Program-made: the position numbers and the translations under genes | The notes under the pieces: generated by a model | The model's input: the letters and a program-made list of their open reading frames with translations, nothing else | Database searches by the model: none | Told to the model about the DNA's origin: nothing | Assembly: GCA_003427395.1 (NCBI GenBank) | Contig: BFEA01000030.1 | Location: 632,137 to 696,136 of the forward strand | Source: Chara braunii | Taxonomy: Eukaryota; Plantae; Charophyceae | Reading direction: 5' to 3' | Length of the DNA stretch: 64,000 nt | Shown here: positions 13,204 to 26,036 of the stretch, piece after piece | Position numbering within the stretch: the first letter of the stretch is position 1 | Layout of the letters: the number at the start of each line of letters is the position of its first letter

Positions 13204-14010
13204 CTATGAAAGGTAGTGGTGGTTTAACACTGTCGTCGCCTTGTGACCAAATGTTCCCGCGCCTCGAGAGAAGGAGGGCGCCGGACGACACCCATCTACG
13301 CTGCCATCCACCGGACACGACCTTCCGCCACGCCCCGCCACTCCCACCCCATGCAGAGACGTTTGTCCGACGGTCGTGGCAGCGACGTGGCTTGATGCAC
13401 AACAGTTCGTAACCGGTGCAGCAGTCCTGCTTGACAAGCCGAAATCCAAGTCCACAGTCTCTGTGTCGCCTCCGTCGATACCCTCCGCCAGCATTGCCGA
13501 GAACGAGTGTCGACTTCTCTCTGCCTCCCTTTGTCGGCAATGGCTGCCCATCCAGTCCTGCGTAGATCCACTTCCCAGTGGCAGAGTGTGGGACAGATCC
13601 TCCAGCCACTCCTCTTCCAGATCCGACGGTAACGGCTGCTCGTGTGGTGGCAGATGACTGTACAACGTGGGGTCATACGCGGGTGCACGACCCGCGGCTA
13701 CCGCCGGGTTTGGAGTGGAGAAGTCGATCGCACGTCTGTGCAGTCCGCTGGAGGTTTCCCGCCTTTCCATCGTCGCCTTCCTCACCATGTGTCGTTTTCG
13801 TCTGCTCCCCGGACCCCGCACGACGACACACGCGCGCAACAAGACCACAAGCAGCAGGAGAAGAGTGGCCAGCAGCAGGAGCGGGACCCGCCGGAGCGCG
13901 TCTGCCATGAATCGCAGCAGGCGAGGAGTGCATCGACCAAACCTTGCTCCCGTGCGCCTGTCAATGCCCGACAATGCACGCTGCCAAGGAGAACTGCAGT
14001 CGGCCAGCAC
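13204..14010 (-). pseudogene. Probable truncated Harbinger second ORF (Myb/SANT partner N-terminal region)
   Basis: Convergent to the transposase inside the TIRs; contains YDPTLYSHLPPHEQPLP; the Myb domain itself is not seen. Confidence 0.5.
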
Positions 14011-14894
14011 TGCTCACACGTTGGCGGTAAAAGAATCGAAAAAGTTGACCGTTGGACACCATGCCCGACGACGCGCACAAGGAGAAGCCCGCCACATGAA
14101 CCACCTCAGAGCTGAAGAACCACCCCCACGCCTTTACGCGCCAATGGTACCGACACAACACCGTTGGAGGCTCGTCCCCTACTGGAGGCCGGCGGTGTCC
14201 GCCCGTCTGGACCACGGACGACCTGTGCACCACGAAAAACTCCAAATTTTGGTGTCAACGCATGCTCCACGACGATCCATCAATCGCGGCTCCTTGAGCC
14301 CAAGGGACCTCGCGAGGACCCCTTGAATCCAAGGACGTTTTGGCTGGCGATTCTGAGGAACCCAAATATCTCGGTAGCGTTTTCACATTTGTCCAAGGAA
14401 TTTGGTGATTTAGGACGCAGTGTAACGATGCGGATTTCCTAAAAATTGGATTTCCAAGGAGGGTCTAACCGACTCTAACGAGGCCCAAAGAAAGAATGAA
14501 AAAAAGATTACGAAAAGATGAAAAACGCGAAGGGAAAAATGTGAATGGCACCAGGCCTCAGCCATGAGCGGAGCTATCCCTCATTCTTCACCCCTGGCTC
14601 TTGTCACCGCGTAAGGGAGCAAGTCACGCGCTACATCCTACGTACGCCGCCGATCAAGCTTCCCATGGGGAGGGGGTTCTTTCCCTTTTTTTCATCAAAG
14701 AAAGTAAGCAAACGAAGGCCAAAATCGACCTAGTAAAAGAATTGAAAAATTTCACCGCACAGTCAGATCATTTCCGAAGGTCGCTCAGGCCCTTGCGCAT
14801 CCGTTGTCCACTCGCCCCTGCCTTCCATTGTTATCTTCCTGTATGCTCGTGTGTTGTCATATTCGCTATACACTCAAAAAAAGCATGACTGTAC

Positions 14895-14951
14895 CAGACT
14901 GTTTCGTCGGACTTTCACCGACCCATCAGGAGGTTGAACCCCGACAGTCTG
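14895..14951 (-). ncRNA. Type III hammerhead ribozyme motif (A9G variant)
   Basis: Minus strand: CAGACUGU C GGGG UUCAA CCUC CUGAUGG GUCGG UGAAAGU CCGAC GAA ACAGUCUG; all three stems pair; GUC cleavage triplet. Confidence 0.8.
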
Positions 14952-15436
14952 CCCAGGATGCATTTGACTGATGGATAAGGACTCGCCACATCACCCAGAG
15001 TTAACGATACCCCTGAGAGAGAAAAGTGATCGACTTTACTCACACCAACCTTGCAATCCTCGCAGGCTGCCGGTCCAAACCCCTGACAAGAAAGGTAGTA
15101 CTGTAAGTCTGCGCGCGTGTGTGTGGGTGGGTGTGTGTGGGTGTGTGTGGGTGTGTGTGGGTGGGTGTGTGTGCGCGCACACACACACAGAGCCAAGCAA
15201 AATGGTGCTTTGAAGTTTGAACAATATCCATACATAGTCCATACATACAATAACTGAATTAGAAGGAAAAAGTGGACCACAAACATCCAGTAATAATACC
15301 CACTGCATGACAGTAACAACATACAGAAATGCAGTAACGCCCAGTAATTAGTAAAAGGTAATCCAGTAACAAACAGAATGGAGAAATCCACATCTCAGTT
15401 CCACAACTCAGTTCTGTTAAATACAGAGGTATAAAT

Positions 15437-15678
15437 GTCGTACTTTTTTGCAGTGTGTGCAGCAGTGGGTTTCGAACTCACGATCTGTTTATCAACACAC
15501 TCTGCTACATGAGATGTGTGCACAACACAGCCACAAGGCTACACATCTCAGTTCCACACGCTGGATGACCCAGCAGCCTTGTGGCTGAGTTGTACACACA
15601 TCTCATGTAGCAGAGTGTGTTGATAAACAGATCGTGAGTTCGAAACCCACTGCTGCGTACACTGAAAAAAAGTACGAC
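15437..15678. repeat. About 104-bp inverted repeat of a tRNA-like unit, 34-bp spacer
   Basis: 15437-15540 is the near reverse complement of 15575-15678; each arm has B-box-like gagttcgaaaccc. Confidence 0.85.
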
Positions 15679-15756
15679 TTCGATACGTGTAGTTAACCGC
15701 ATTTTTTCTGACCAAATCATGTTTTGTAGGGTGCACGTGTGAGGGAGAGAGGTTGA

Positions 15757-15759
<3 letters not shown>

Positions 15760-15822
<63 letters not shown>

Positions 15823-15931
15823 TATGGGTGAGTCCTCTTTTGTCCGTTTCTTTGTATACACCATGTCTTGTAGAGTGCATGTCCGAGAGAGAGTGATTGA
15901 GAGAGAGACAGAGAGACAGAGAAAGAAGCAC

Positions 15932-15982
<51 letters not shown>

Positions 15983-16054
15983 TACAGGTGAGTCTTCTGT
16001 TGTCCTTTTTTCGTATACACCATGTCTTGTAGAGTGCACGTGCAAGGGAGAGCG

Positions 16055-16112
<58 letters not shown>

Positions 16113-16238
16113 TGTCCTTTTTTGTGCATACACCACGTCTTATAGATTGCACATGCGAGGGAGAGCGATTGAGAGGGACAGAGAGAGATGGAGAAAGAAG
16201 CAGAGAGCAAAAGAGAGAGAGAGGAAGAGAAAGAGAGG

Positions 16239-16290
<52 letters not shown>
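15760..16290. repeat. (GA)n microsatellites within tandemly duplicated blocks
   Basis: Repeated tacaccatgtcttgtagagtgca followed by GA runs. Confidence 0.85.
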
Positions 16291-16293
<3 letters not shown>

Positions 16294-16825
16294 TTACAGG
16301 TGATCTTCCGTTGTCGTTTTTCTTTGTTGCTGTGCAGCATTAGAGAGAGCACTCACATACTCAACTCACGCTCATCATAACTGTATCTGGGTGGAATTAT
16401 GGTTAAATTCACGCTGAAAAGAGCACTCACGAACTCACCTCAAGCTCATCATGCTGTCTCTCTCCTGTCGCTGGATCCTTGAACGGGGTTCACAACTCCG
16501 TTGTAGAGAACAGTAAAAACTGTAAAACAAATATTTATTTATAGTATACTAATGTTTTATTCGAATATAACGTTTTCTGGGTCAATCCAAATAGAAAGCA
16601 TTCGTGTTCCATTCGAAAACAACACATATGCTTTTTATTGGAGTGCTCATCTATTCCAGTAAAAAAAATCAAAAAATATTTTTTTTGGAAAACTCGAATA
16701 CAACGCATGTGCGTTATGTTCGGGGGAAGACAGTAGCCAGTCAGGCACCGACAGACATTCATTATAGCGCAATTCACAGAGAGAGGGAGAGAAGGAGAGA
16801 GAGAGAGAAGGGGAGCGAAAGAGGG

Positions 16826-16919
<94 letters not shown>

Positions 16920-17194
16920 NNNNNNNNNNNNNNNNNNNNNNNNNNNNNNNNNNNNNNNNNNNNNNNNNNNNNNNNNNNNNNNNNNNNNNNNNNNNNNNNN
17001 NNNNNNNNNNNNNNNNNNNNNNNNNNNNNNNNNNNNNNNNNNNNNNNNNNNNNNNNNNNNNNNNNNNNNNNNNNNNNNNNNNNNNNNNNNNNNNNNNNNN
17101 NNNNNNNNNNNNNNNNNNNNNNNNNNNNNNNNNNNNNNNNNNNNNNNNNNNNNNNNNNNNNNNNNNNNNNNNNNNNNNNNNNNNNNNNNNNNNN

Positions 17195-17279
<85 letters not shown>

Positions 17280-17449
17280 CTCTCTCACATATGCACGTGC
17301 ATGCATGCGTGTGTCCAGTGTACGTAGCAGGACCCCACTGTCTGGATCCCGACCAGACTTGGTCTGTGGAGTGATAGATGCCAACCAACCAGGCATAGCA
17401 AAACTGAGTGTGGTCGGGATCCAGACACGGGAAAAGGCAGCCAACCTAC

Positions 17450-18370
17450 CTCCCCAGAAATCTTCATGCAGAGTGCGCTCCCTTTCTTGACTCGCTGCCA
17501 AGGCGGAGCAAACAGCATCTTCAGTCGTGCAAAGAAGAGAGGCCATCCCTCCAGTTTGCGGAACACCATCTCGCCCGATGGCAGCGGCTTCACCTCCGCA
17601 GCCATCGCTGTGGCGCCAGTCTCCTCTTCTCCGGCTTCCATGTCCACAGTGGTCGTCGACGACGCCGCCGCCGCCATAGCCGCGCCCGCGCCTGCTGCCA
17701 ATGCCGTACCGTCTTCAGCCTCGACTTGGGCAGCTCCGCCTACTTCCCCCTCCTCCGTTCTCATTCCCTGGGTCTTGTCGTTTTGCGCATCCACGCTTGC
17801 GCTTCTCGCCCCGCCATCTTCTTCAGGTGCCGCGCCACCCCGCGCATCTCCACCAGATTGCGCCGGAGACTCCGCCGACTGCGCCGCAGCAGCCGTGCCT
17901 CCGCCTTCCGACGACGACGAACAGCATCGCCATCGCCGCCAGCTCCACCGCTCCTCCGCCCACGTCCTCCCCCTCCCATCTCCCAACCGCAGTTGGGGTG
18001 ATGACAAGGACCCCCCCCGCCAAAACACCCCCCTCTGCCCCCCGGAGGCAAGGCTGTGAGGAGCCCCTTGTAAAACCCCCTCCTTCGACGACAACCCCCA
18101 CCCTTTCCCGCAGCCAGTGCGGGCAGCCCTCTTCCCAGTCAAACTGCACGTACGCCGAGAGCAAGACGACGAGGAGCAGTGGAAGTAGGCGGAGGAAGAG
18201 GAGAAGGAGGAGGAGAAGGAGGAGGAGGAGGAGGAGGAGGAGGAGGAGGAGGAGGAGGTGGTAGCCTCTAACAACAAAGCAGTGGTCTCAAGCACCGTCT
18301 CTAGTTCTGCAGCATGCACAAGACGGGCCTCTCTCCTCCATCGAAGAGCAGCAGAGAAATAACTCCCTTT
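17450..18370 (-). CDS. SPPA: SPPA large 5' exon: Ser-rich transit-peptide-like region and start of the mature protein
   Basis: Ends PWQRVKKGSALCMKISGE, like SPPA PWERVRKGSVLTMTLRGQ; donor gtaggt at 17449; acceptor tgtgcag after a pyrimidine tract; 921 nt open. 3' boundary firmer than 5' boundary. Confidence 0.85.
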
Positions 18371-18710
18371 CTGCACATAGCCAAGTCGCCAACACAAGAA
18401 ACAAAAGAGCACCAAACCGGAAAAAAAAAAAAAAAAAAAAAAAAGAGGATCACTTCACTGGCTTTCTCCGTTTCTTTTTAATTTCCTTTCTTTTTTTTGC
18501 CCTTTTTTTTTTTCTTTTTTCCCCACTTTTGCTGATCCCACTACCGAAAGTTCGAAGTTTGTTCGACGAATGTTCATCCATCCGACGTGCATTGCATCGG
18601 CGACAGGGCTGACCCCACAAGACTCACTTTTAAATCATAACAATAAATTAATGATAACAATAGAAAAGGCAAAAAATTAAGCAAAACCAAAATCGCCATC
18701 ATTGATTCAA

Positions 18711-18796
<86 letters not shown>

Positions 18797-19319
18797 ATTG
18801 GCAGCTAGCAATGAGGGCAGCGAGTCACAGCACTCCTAGATGAGGAGAGCCGAGTCAGCGAAACGGCTGATAGTAGTCCGTCGGCCGAGCTGAAATCTTT
18901 TTTTTTTTCTTTTTTCTTTTTTTTCTCTCTCTTTGAAGCTCAAATCTTGATCACAGGAACGTAGTGAAGTTAGCAAACGACCATGCCAAGGCACATATGA
19001 CAAGGGACGAGAGAGAGAGAGAGAGAGAGACACAGAGAGAGAGAGAAGAGGGTGAAGTAAGAGAGAGAAGGAGAGAGGAAAAAGAAAAGACAGCGATGAA
19101 GGAGATATGAGAGAGAGAGAGAAGAGGGTGAAGTGTGAGAGAGAAAAAGAAAAGAACAGAGAGCGACGAAGGAGAAAGAAAAAAGGAGAAGTTGAATGAG
19201 GGAGAAAGAAAGAAGGGAGTCATAGACGCTAAGGAGGTGGACACGTGGCCAGTAGCGCAAAAGAGTGCCTCCCGAATTTATAAATATATATCATTAATAG
19301 TAATAAGTTAATAACCAAT

Positions 19320-19385
19320 GAGCTTAGCTCAGTTGATACACCCATGATCTGTTCAATTACAGACCCAAGCACGAATCCTGATGGA
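19320..19385 (+). repeat. tRNA-like SINE head, same family as 4651-4735
   Basis: cttagctcagttgatacacccatgatctgttcaattacagacccaagcacgaatcc. Confidence 0.5.
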
Positions 19386-20614
19386 CCTTGATGAATGCAA
19401 TGGGAAAAAAGGACTACAAAAAATATACACATATACATCTCGTTTCTTGTCCTCCTCTCCCTCTTACAGATATATGTTTGTTTTGTGAATCTTGTCTGCT
19501 TTGATTCTGTTATTGGGCATTCTGGTTGGTTGTTTCCCGTTGTTCGGCCTTTTGAGCGCGGGGCGGTGCTTGTATGTGGGAATCGTCATCCGGGATTGTC
19601 TTCTCTTTCTCTTTGGTTGTCACACTGGGATCGGAGCCTTTCTTTTTGATTTCTTTGCAGACAAGAATGTTTTGATATCCTGGTTGGTCTCGTCCCGTCG
19701 TTTGGCCTGTGAGTTGGGGCGGTGCTTGCATGTGGGACTTGTCATCTGGGATTGTTTTGTTGCCCCCTGTTCTGTATTATTTGGCTGTTCCCTTCCTCTT
19801 TTCTTTGCCTCTTTGCCTTCTGGCTGTGTGCAAGTGGGTCGATATGACACACGGGGTTGGGGGCAGCCGCCGCTCAACCTACATCCACGTGGGCGGCCTT
19901 GTACGCAAGAGGTTCTGAACAGGGGGAGTTTTAAGGAAGAAGATAAAAAATGAACTGATATCTTTTTTGTTTTCCTTTGTCTTTTTCGCTTTTGCGCTCT
20001 GATATTTATGTGATGATATATATATATATTCGTCTTCGCGCTCTGATTCAGTGTGCCAATATATATAGATATGTATATCAATAATCACCAGCAGAAACCA
20101 TCGTCGGCGAGTCATCAAGATGTGTTTCGACGACAGCCTCGCCGGACCATCATCAGGGCAAAATTTACCCCTTTTCTTTTTCTTTCTTTCTCTATTTCTT
20201 CTCCTTGTTCTGTTTGTCTTCACACTGAATGGCCCATGGCCCATCATCAGCTCAAAGTTCGCGGGCATACAAAAAAAAAAAAAAAAAAAAAAAAAAATTG
20301 CGGCCATCATCAGGGCAATTTTTTTGTGCTGCTATCCTCCGGGACATCGCTTAACACAGTTGGAACTACAATTCTTTCAAAAAAAAAAAAAAAAAAAAAA
20401 AAACAGGAAAACAAAAAAAAGTGGGAACGGTACACAGAACATTGATTAGCACGGTCCCTGCGCAAGGATGATCACACGCATTAATCGAGAAAGGTTCCTT
20501 TTTTTTTCTTCTTTTTTTTAAAATGCGCAGCCAGAGAGAGACCACTACTTACCATCATCTAAAAATAATAATAATAATAACAGTAATAATATAAAATAAA
20601 TAAAAAACACTTAC

Positions 20615-20716
20615 CATCATCTTGACTACTTGCTCCGTTCTTTTCCTGTCATAGCTCTGCCCCTCATGGGGAGCTGGCCACGTTTTCCCACCGACGACGA
20701 TCCTCGTAGCAGCCAT
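20615..20716 (-). CDS. SPPA: Candidate first coding exon of SPPA (MAATRIVVGGKTWPAPHEGQSYDRKRTEQVVKMM)
   Basis: ATG, 34 open codons, consensus donor gtaagt, phase 0 matching the acceptor at 18370; no homology support. Confidence 0.4.
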
Positions 20717-21409
20717 AGCATGCATTCTGAATGGATGAATCTGGCCGCAATTCCGTCCCTGGTGGAGAAAGGCACGCAGTAAGTGACGTCAAGGAGGGAC
20801 GGATGCTAAGGGCATACTCACACCAGGACTTTCCCGAATGAATCTGGCCGCCAATCCAGCCAGATTCGGACAAATCTCGGGACCGCAACTACGTCCAGAG
20901 CTTAGTAGAAAAAGTCCTAGTGTGAATGAATATGCCCTAACTCTTTTTCATACAAGCTACCTATCTGCCGCGGAGATTTTTTTATTTTTATTTTTTTCGG
21001 GGNNNNNNNNNNNNNNNNNNNNNNNNNNNNNNNNNNNNNNNNNNNNNNNNNNNNNNNNNNNNNNNNNNNNNNNNNNNNNNNNNNNNNNNNNNNNNNNNNN
21101 NNNNNNNNNNNNNNNNNNNNNNNNNNNNNNNNNNNNNGGGGGGGAGGGGAAGGCAGAGAGATGGTAGCAGGCACAGAGATCAGGCGCGAATTCCAGTAGC
21201 GTGCTAGAAAACCATAGGGCCTCGTTACACTCACTACTCACCACATGCACAAATGACAAAAAATATGGCGGTGCATCTTTCCATGTTCTAGCGGAAGATT
21301 CATTGTCATTTTGCACACTCGGTGAGTAGTGCAGCGAGGCCCACGGTATGCACAGCACACTGCTGAGATGCGATACAGAGAGACGGCGGAAGTTCGTTCG
21401 TGCGCAGAA

Positions 21410-21585
21410 GATGGCGCGAAACTTCGAGGTGTAGAAAAGATGGCGCGAAACTTGAGGTGTAGAAAGGATGGCGGGAAACTGAACTGAGAGCCAGAAGGTG
21501 GAGCTACCGAAGCTTAGAGGTGTAGAAAAAAAAAAAAATGGCGCGAAACTTAGAGGTGTAGAAAAAACATGGCGCGAAACTGAGA
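21410..21585. repeat. About 29-bp tandem repeat (atggcgcgaaacttagaggtgtagaaaa)
   Basis: About five imperfect copies. Confidence 0.75.
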
Positions 21586-21941
21586 ATCCCAGGATCGCTT
21601 TCTGTTGGGAAGTCGTCGACGTGTTCGCGCATCCATGTCAAGCATGCTATCTCGCAGACAGATGACCTGGGGCTAGTAGGTCCCACTTGCACGAATTAAG
21701 AGATACTGGCCGTAGATAGCAAAGATCAACGGCCGAAATCTCCTAATTTGCGAAAGTGGGACCTTGCCCCTGCTACTGCCGTCTCCGTCACACCTTCTGC
21801 GTTGGGCTTACGGGGCTCGATCCTTTGTCGACAGGACTGTCATCCATGTAGGCCACCAGACGACGTGTATCACGCTACTGGCCTACCACCAATGTTGGGC
21901 CAAATGGCTGCAGGCCCGGGCTTTTTTTTCCTATATATATA

Positions 21942-22681
21942 CAGGGTAACCCGCGTTCGGGACGGGCTGAACGCCCGAACCCGAAAACGTATGGGACCCC
22001 TTGGGGATGCTTCGGCCCAAGGCGGACCCAAAAACAAAAAATAGAAAGAAAAAAAAATCTGAAACAAAGATATGTTATGAAGAAAAATAAATTAAAATTT
22101 AGTGAAACAAAGATAAGCATTACATCCAAATTCCTTACCAAATTTGAAATAAAAATAAAATACAAAAAACAAATACTAATAATAAAAAGAATAAAAAATA
22201 AAAAAAGAATTAAATTTAGTGAATGTGCGAGCACGTTTTCGACACCGCCATCTTTGGCGATTTTTCATTTTGTTTTGGCATAGCTAAATGCCCTGAAAAT
22301 TTACAGATGTGTACTTCACATAATGCAAAAACCACTAAAAACATTTCAAAAAATAATAAAATTATTTGGACCCCGAACTAAAGTGAAAACAAAAAGTAAG
22401 AAGTGAAAAAAACGTGGGCGAGCACGTTTTGACACCGCCATCTTTGGCGATTTTTAATTCTTATTAGGCTGAGACAAATAACTTGAAACTTTATAGGCAT
22501 GTACCTCACGTCATAAAGAACTCACAAAAAACAATTCAGGAAAAATATATATTTTTTTATGCCCCGAAATGGTTTTTGGCGAGGGCCGAACGCCGTCGGG
22601 TTTGGACCCCGTACGGGACCCCGAACGCCCATACGTACGGAGGTCTGCCCGGGGACCTCCGTAAGTACAGCCTGGTAACCT
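21942..22681. mobile_element. Possible non-autonomous DNA transposon/MITE in a TA run
   Basis: GC-rich ends with cccgaac/cgtatggg motifs in opposite orientations, AT-rich core with ~40-bp direct repeats (22227, 22418); TIRs weak. Confidence 0.35.
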
Positions 22682-23984
22682 TTTATATATATATATTCCT
22701 GCTACGTTTTTTTCNGGTCAGGTCGAGCGGCAGTGGTCGGGGCCGTTACTAGGCGGTCATGCTGTGCCTCTAGTGCCAACGACGTGTCTGGAGTGTGTTT
22801 TTTGGCTGTGACAGACCTTTCTTTGTTTCGTGGATGTTTTGCTGGCTTGTGATGGGGTGTGAACCGACAGTCTGTAGAGTTTTCCATCTGGTGTGGGTGA
22901 GTGATAGTCTACTTTGATTTTGGTTAAGGTAGATTNNNNNNNNNNNNNNNNNNNNNNNNNNNNNNNNNNNNNNNNNNNNNNNNNNNNNNNNNNNNNNNNN
23001 NNNNNNNNNNNNNNNNNNNNNNNNNNNNNNNNNNNNNNNNNNNNNNNNNNNNNNNNNNNNNNNNNNNNNNNNNNNNNNNNNNNNNNNNNNNNNNNNNNNN
23101 NNNNNNNNNNNNNNNNNNNNNNNNNNNNNNNNNNNNNNNNNNNNNNNNNNNNNNNNNNNNNNNNNNNNNNNNNNNNNNNNNNNNNNNNNNNNNNNNNNNN
23201 NNNNNNNNNNNNNNNNNNNNNNNNNNNNNNNNNNNNNNNNNNNNNNNNNNNNNNNNNNNNNNNNNNNNNNNNNNNNNNNNNNNNNNNNNNNNNNNNNNNN
23301 NNNNNNNNNNNNNNNNNNNNNNNNNNNNNNNNNNNNNNNNNNNNNNNNNNNNNNNNNNNNNNNNNNNNNNNNNNNNNNNNNNNNNNNNNNNNNNNNNNNN
23401 NNNNNNNNNNNNNNNNNNNNNNNNNNNNNNNNNNNNNNNNNNNNNNNNNNNNNNNNNNNNNNNNNNNNNNNNNNNNNNNNNNNNNNNNNNNNNNNNNNNN
23501 NNNNNNNNNNNNNNNNNNNNNNNNNNNNNNNNNNNNNNNNNNNNNNNNNNNNNNNNNNNNNNNNNNNNNNNNNNNNNNNNNNNNNNNNNNNNNNNNNNNN
23601 NNNNNNNNNNNNNNNNNNNNNNNNNNNNNNNNNNNNNNNNNNNNNNNNNNNNNNNNNNNNNNNNNNNNNNNNNNNNNNNNNNNNNNNNNNNNNNNNNNNN
23701 NNNNNNNNNNNNNNNNNNNNNNNNNNNNNNNNNNNNNNNNNNNNNNNNNNNNNNNNNNNNNNNNNNNNNNNNNNNNNNNNNNNNNNNNNNNNNNNNNNNN
23801 NNNNNNNGCCTTAGGGTCACATCAAAATTTTTTACCAAATTAAAAAAAAAAAAAAAAATTAAAAAATAATTGTTATTTTTATTTTTTTTTAGTTCTTTTT
23901 GACCCGGGCGGGCAAGTGGACCCGGGCCACTCTGGTAGCCTAGTAGGCCGCTGGATTTTTTTTTTTTTTTGAGATATCATCTCG

Positions 23985-24345
23985 TACGTAACTCAGTTGA
24001 TAAGGCACGCGAGTGACATTCAGGAGGTCTTGGGTTCAATCCCCATTGGCCTCATGTACCTTCCTGAGCAAGCTTGGCGCCCGCCACCTAGAGATATGTC
24101 GTTGGTCTCCCCGAGTGGCATTGAGCAAAGACTGCAGATGTTCATAGGGGGAGGGGACCGGAGGGGAGGCAAAGTGACTGACCCATCGAAGAAGCTCGGT
24201 CCTGATGCTACCGGCTGACCCCTGGCCGGTATCGCCCACCTGCTGTAGCAGGTATCGCACTTGCTGGTGGGTGCAGCTCCCGCATGTTCCCTCGTTGGAG
24301 GCTTGAGCACGGTTGTGGCTGCTACAGGGTTCCCCGTAATACTAT
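23985..24345 (+). mobile_element. tRNA-derived SINE-like element
   Basis: taactcagttgataagg (A box) ... gggttcaatcccc (B box), GC-rich body, A-rich tail. Confidence 0.5.
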
Positions 24346-25599
24346 AATGACAATAAAAAAAAGGCCTGAAAGGCTGTCCTGTCCAGATTTGACAGGTAAT
24401 TCAATTGGTTGGGCTTCAAAGAATTAGCCTTAAAAAAAAAAAATAATAAATAAAAAATAAATAAATAAATAAAAGACAAAAATAAATAAATAAACTCATG
24501 AAATTTCGTTCGTACAACGGCCTACCTCAATTGGTAAGGCACGATGCTGGTTATACTGTTCCACCTTGGTCGCCCACATCCCAGAGGTTGAAACAGTGGG
24601 CCCGACCACCAGGGTTCCACCGACAGTCCGTAAGTTTTGCGTTGGGACCAAGTGCGGGCCGCCAGTGACGGCAGGCGTGTCTGGCCGGAGGGAATACTGG
24701 AGCGAGAGGACCACGGCAGGAGTTTCGTTCGATATCATCCGCATCGTTCGAATTTGTAGTTTTGGACGTAGCTGCAGACATCGGGTATTGGACCTCGAAG
24801 AGATGAAGGGCGTACTCGCACTAGGACTTTTTTACGTATTTTTAGAGGGAATTGCGACCAGATACATCCAGGTATGGCCTTGAATATCACCAAATACATT
24901 TGAGATACTGCACGTGTGAGTACGTCGTAAGAGGGAGGAGAGAAGGTATAGAAGGAAGGTGTGAGATACGAGAGAAGGGACCAAGTAAGGGTGTGACACA
25001 GAGAGAGATGAGGAATAGCAGGGATCCACCCTGCTATATGGACGCGCATTAGGGTTGGCGTTATAGTGAATCTGAAGGAAGAAGAATACAAGGGACACGG
25101 CGGGAGGAGAACAAGATGGAAGTTCCGAGAGAGACAGAGAGATAGAGAGAAGAGGGAGAATGACCGACGGAGGCGGGTAATGCTGCGCTGCGCGATGCGC
25201 TAATTTTCGTGGGACCCGACTGGGAATGGTGGGGGCTACCCACGCGAATAGTGCAGTGACGCATCGTGGCGTTTCTCTGGAGGGGAGCTTCGTCCTCGAC
25301 AATTTTGGGATCGAACTGTTTCACTCGAAGTCTATTCTCACCATAGCTATTATGGTGTGTCCTCGGCCGTGGAATATCGGGGGGCATAATAGAAACTCGC
25401 TTTCCATTGCTGAAGCAACCTAAGCTACTAGTTTAACGTGGGAACAAATGAAAGCGAACCTGACGTGAATTTAGTCGATGTGAGTTTGGACTGGGTTGGT
25501 AGAGCTCCTTGAAAAGAGTGAATGCATCTAGAGCGAAGACAACCCAAGTTGAACTTAACTTAGGAGAGCAGGGCGGGGATTGCGTTCGACACCAGCATC

Positions 25600-26036
25600 T
25601 CAAGTATAACCCTATCACGACACCTGGGTAAGAGGTCGTATTGGTTTTCCCCAATTTATTGAAAGCCTCTGTTAGGTCAATAGTGGTCGATAGTTCTAAG
25701 TTAAAAGATAGTAGTTTATTTTGTTAATTATATAGTATGTGTCTTGAACTCCGGGGCTTGTTATAGCACACAGAAATGAAGCCATCCACAACAGGACCGT
25801 ACGAACCGGCAAAATCCTCTCCAAATATATCAAATGAGAAAAACGTACGGATCAAGAATTTTTTTTCGAAATGTTATTCGGATGACATACAACCAAAAAA
25901 GATAGCTCCAAACAAGGTGGAAGTTGGGGAGGATTAAGTTAAAGTTACGGTAAATCCATAAATGTATCGATTGCAGGCGAAATGGCTACGTGAACATGCA
26001 GTGTCGGTACTCTTTGGTGATGAGTCGAAATCCCTT
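25600..26036 (+). pseudogene. L1-clade LINE ORF1, fragment 1 (5' boundary approximate)
   Basis: ...QAKWLREHAVSVLFGDESKSL with in-frame stops upstream; continues in frame at 29778. Confidence 0.65.

Larger units (their letters stand above)
11407..14486. mobile_element. PIF/Harbinger DNA transposon, internally deleted
   Basis: TIRs gggcctcgttaga...ccctccttggaaa(a)tcc at both ends; convergent transposase and second-ORF fragments inside; TSD imperfect (gaa/aaa). Confidence 0.85.

Noticed and set aside
16439-16519. Exon-like segment with ag/gt sites as the missing SPPA exon
   Set aside because: No frame resembles SPPA, and the required phase-0 frame hits a stop
20105-20175. Second hammerhead-like CUGAUGA...GAAAC on the minus strand
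   Set aside because: Stem II pairing consumes the core, and no stem III with an NUH cleavage site can be formed
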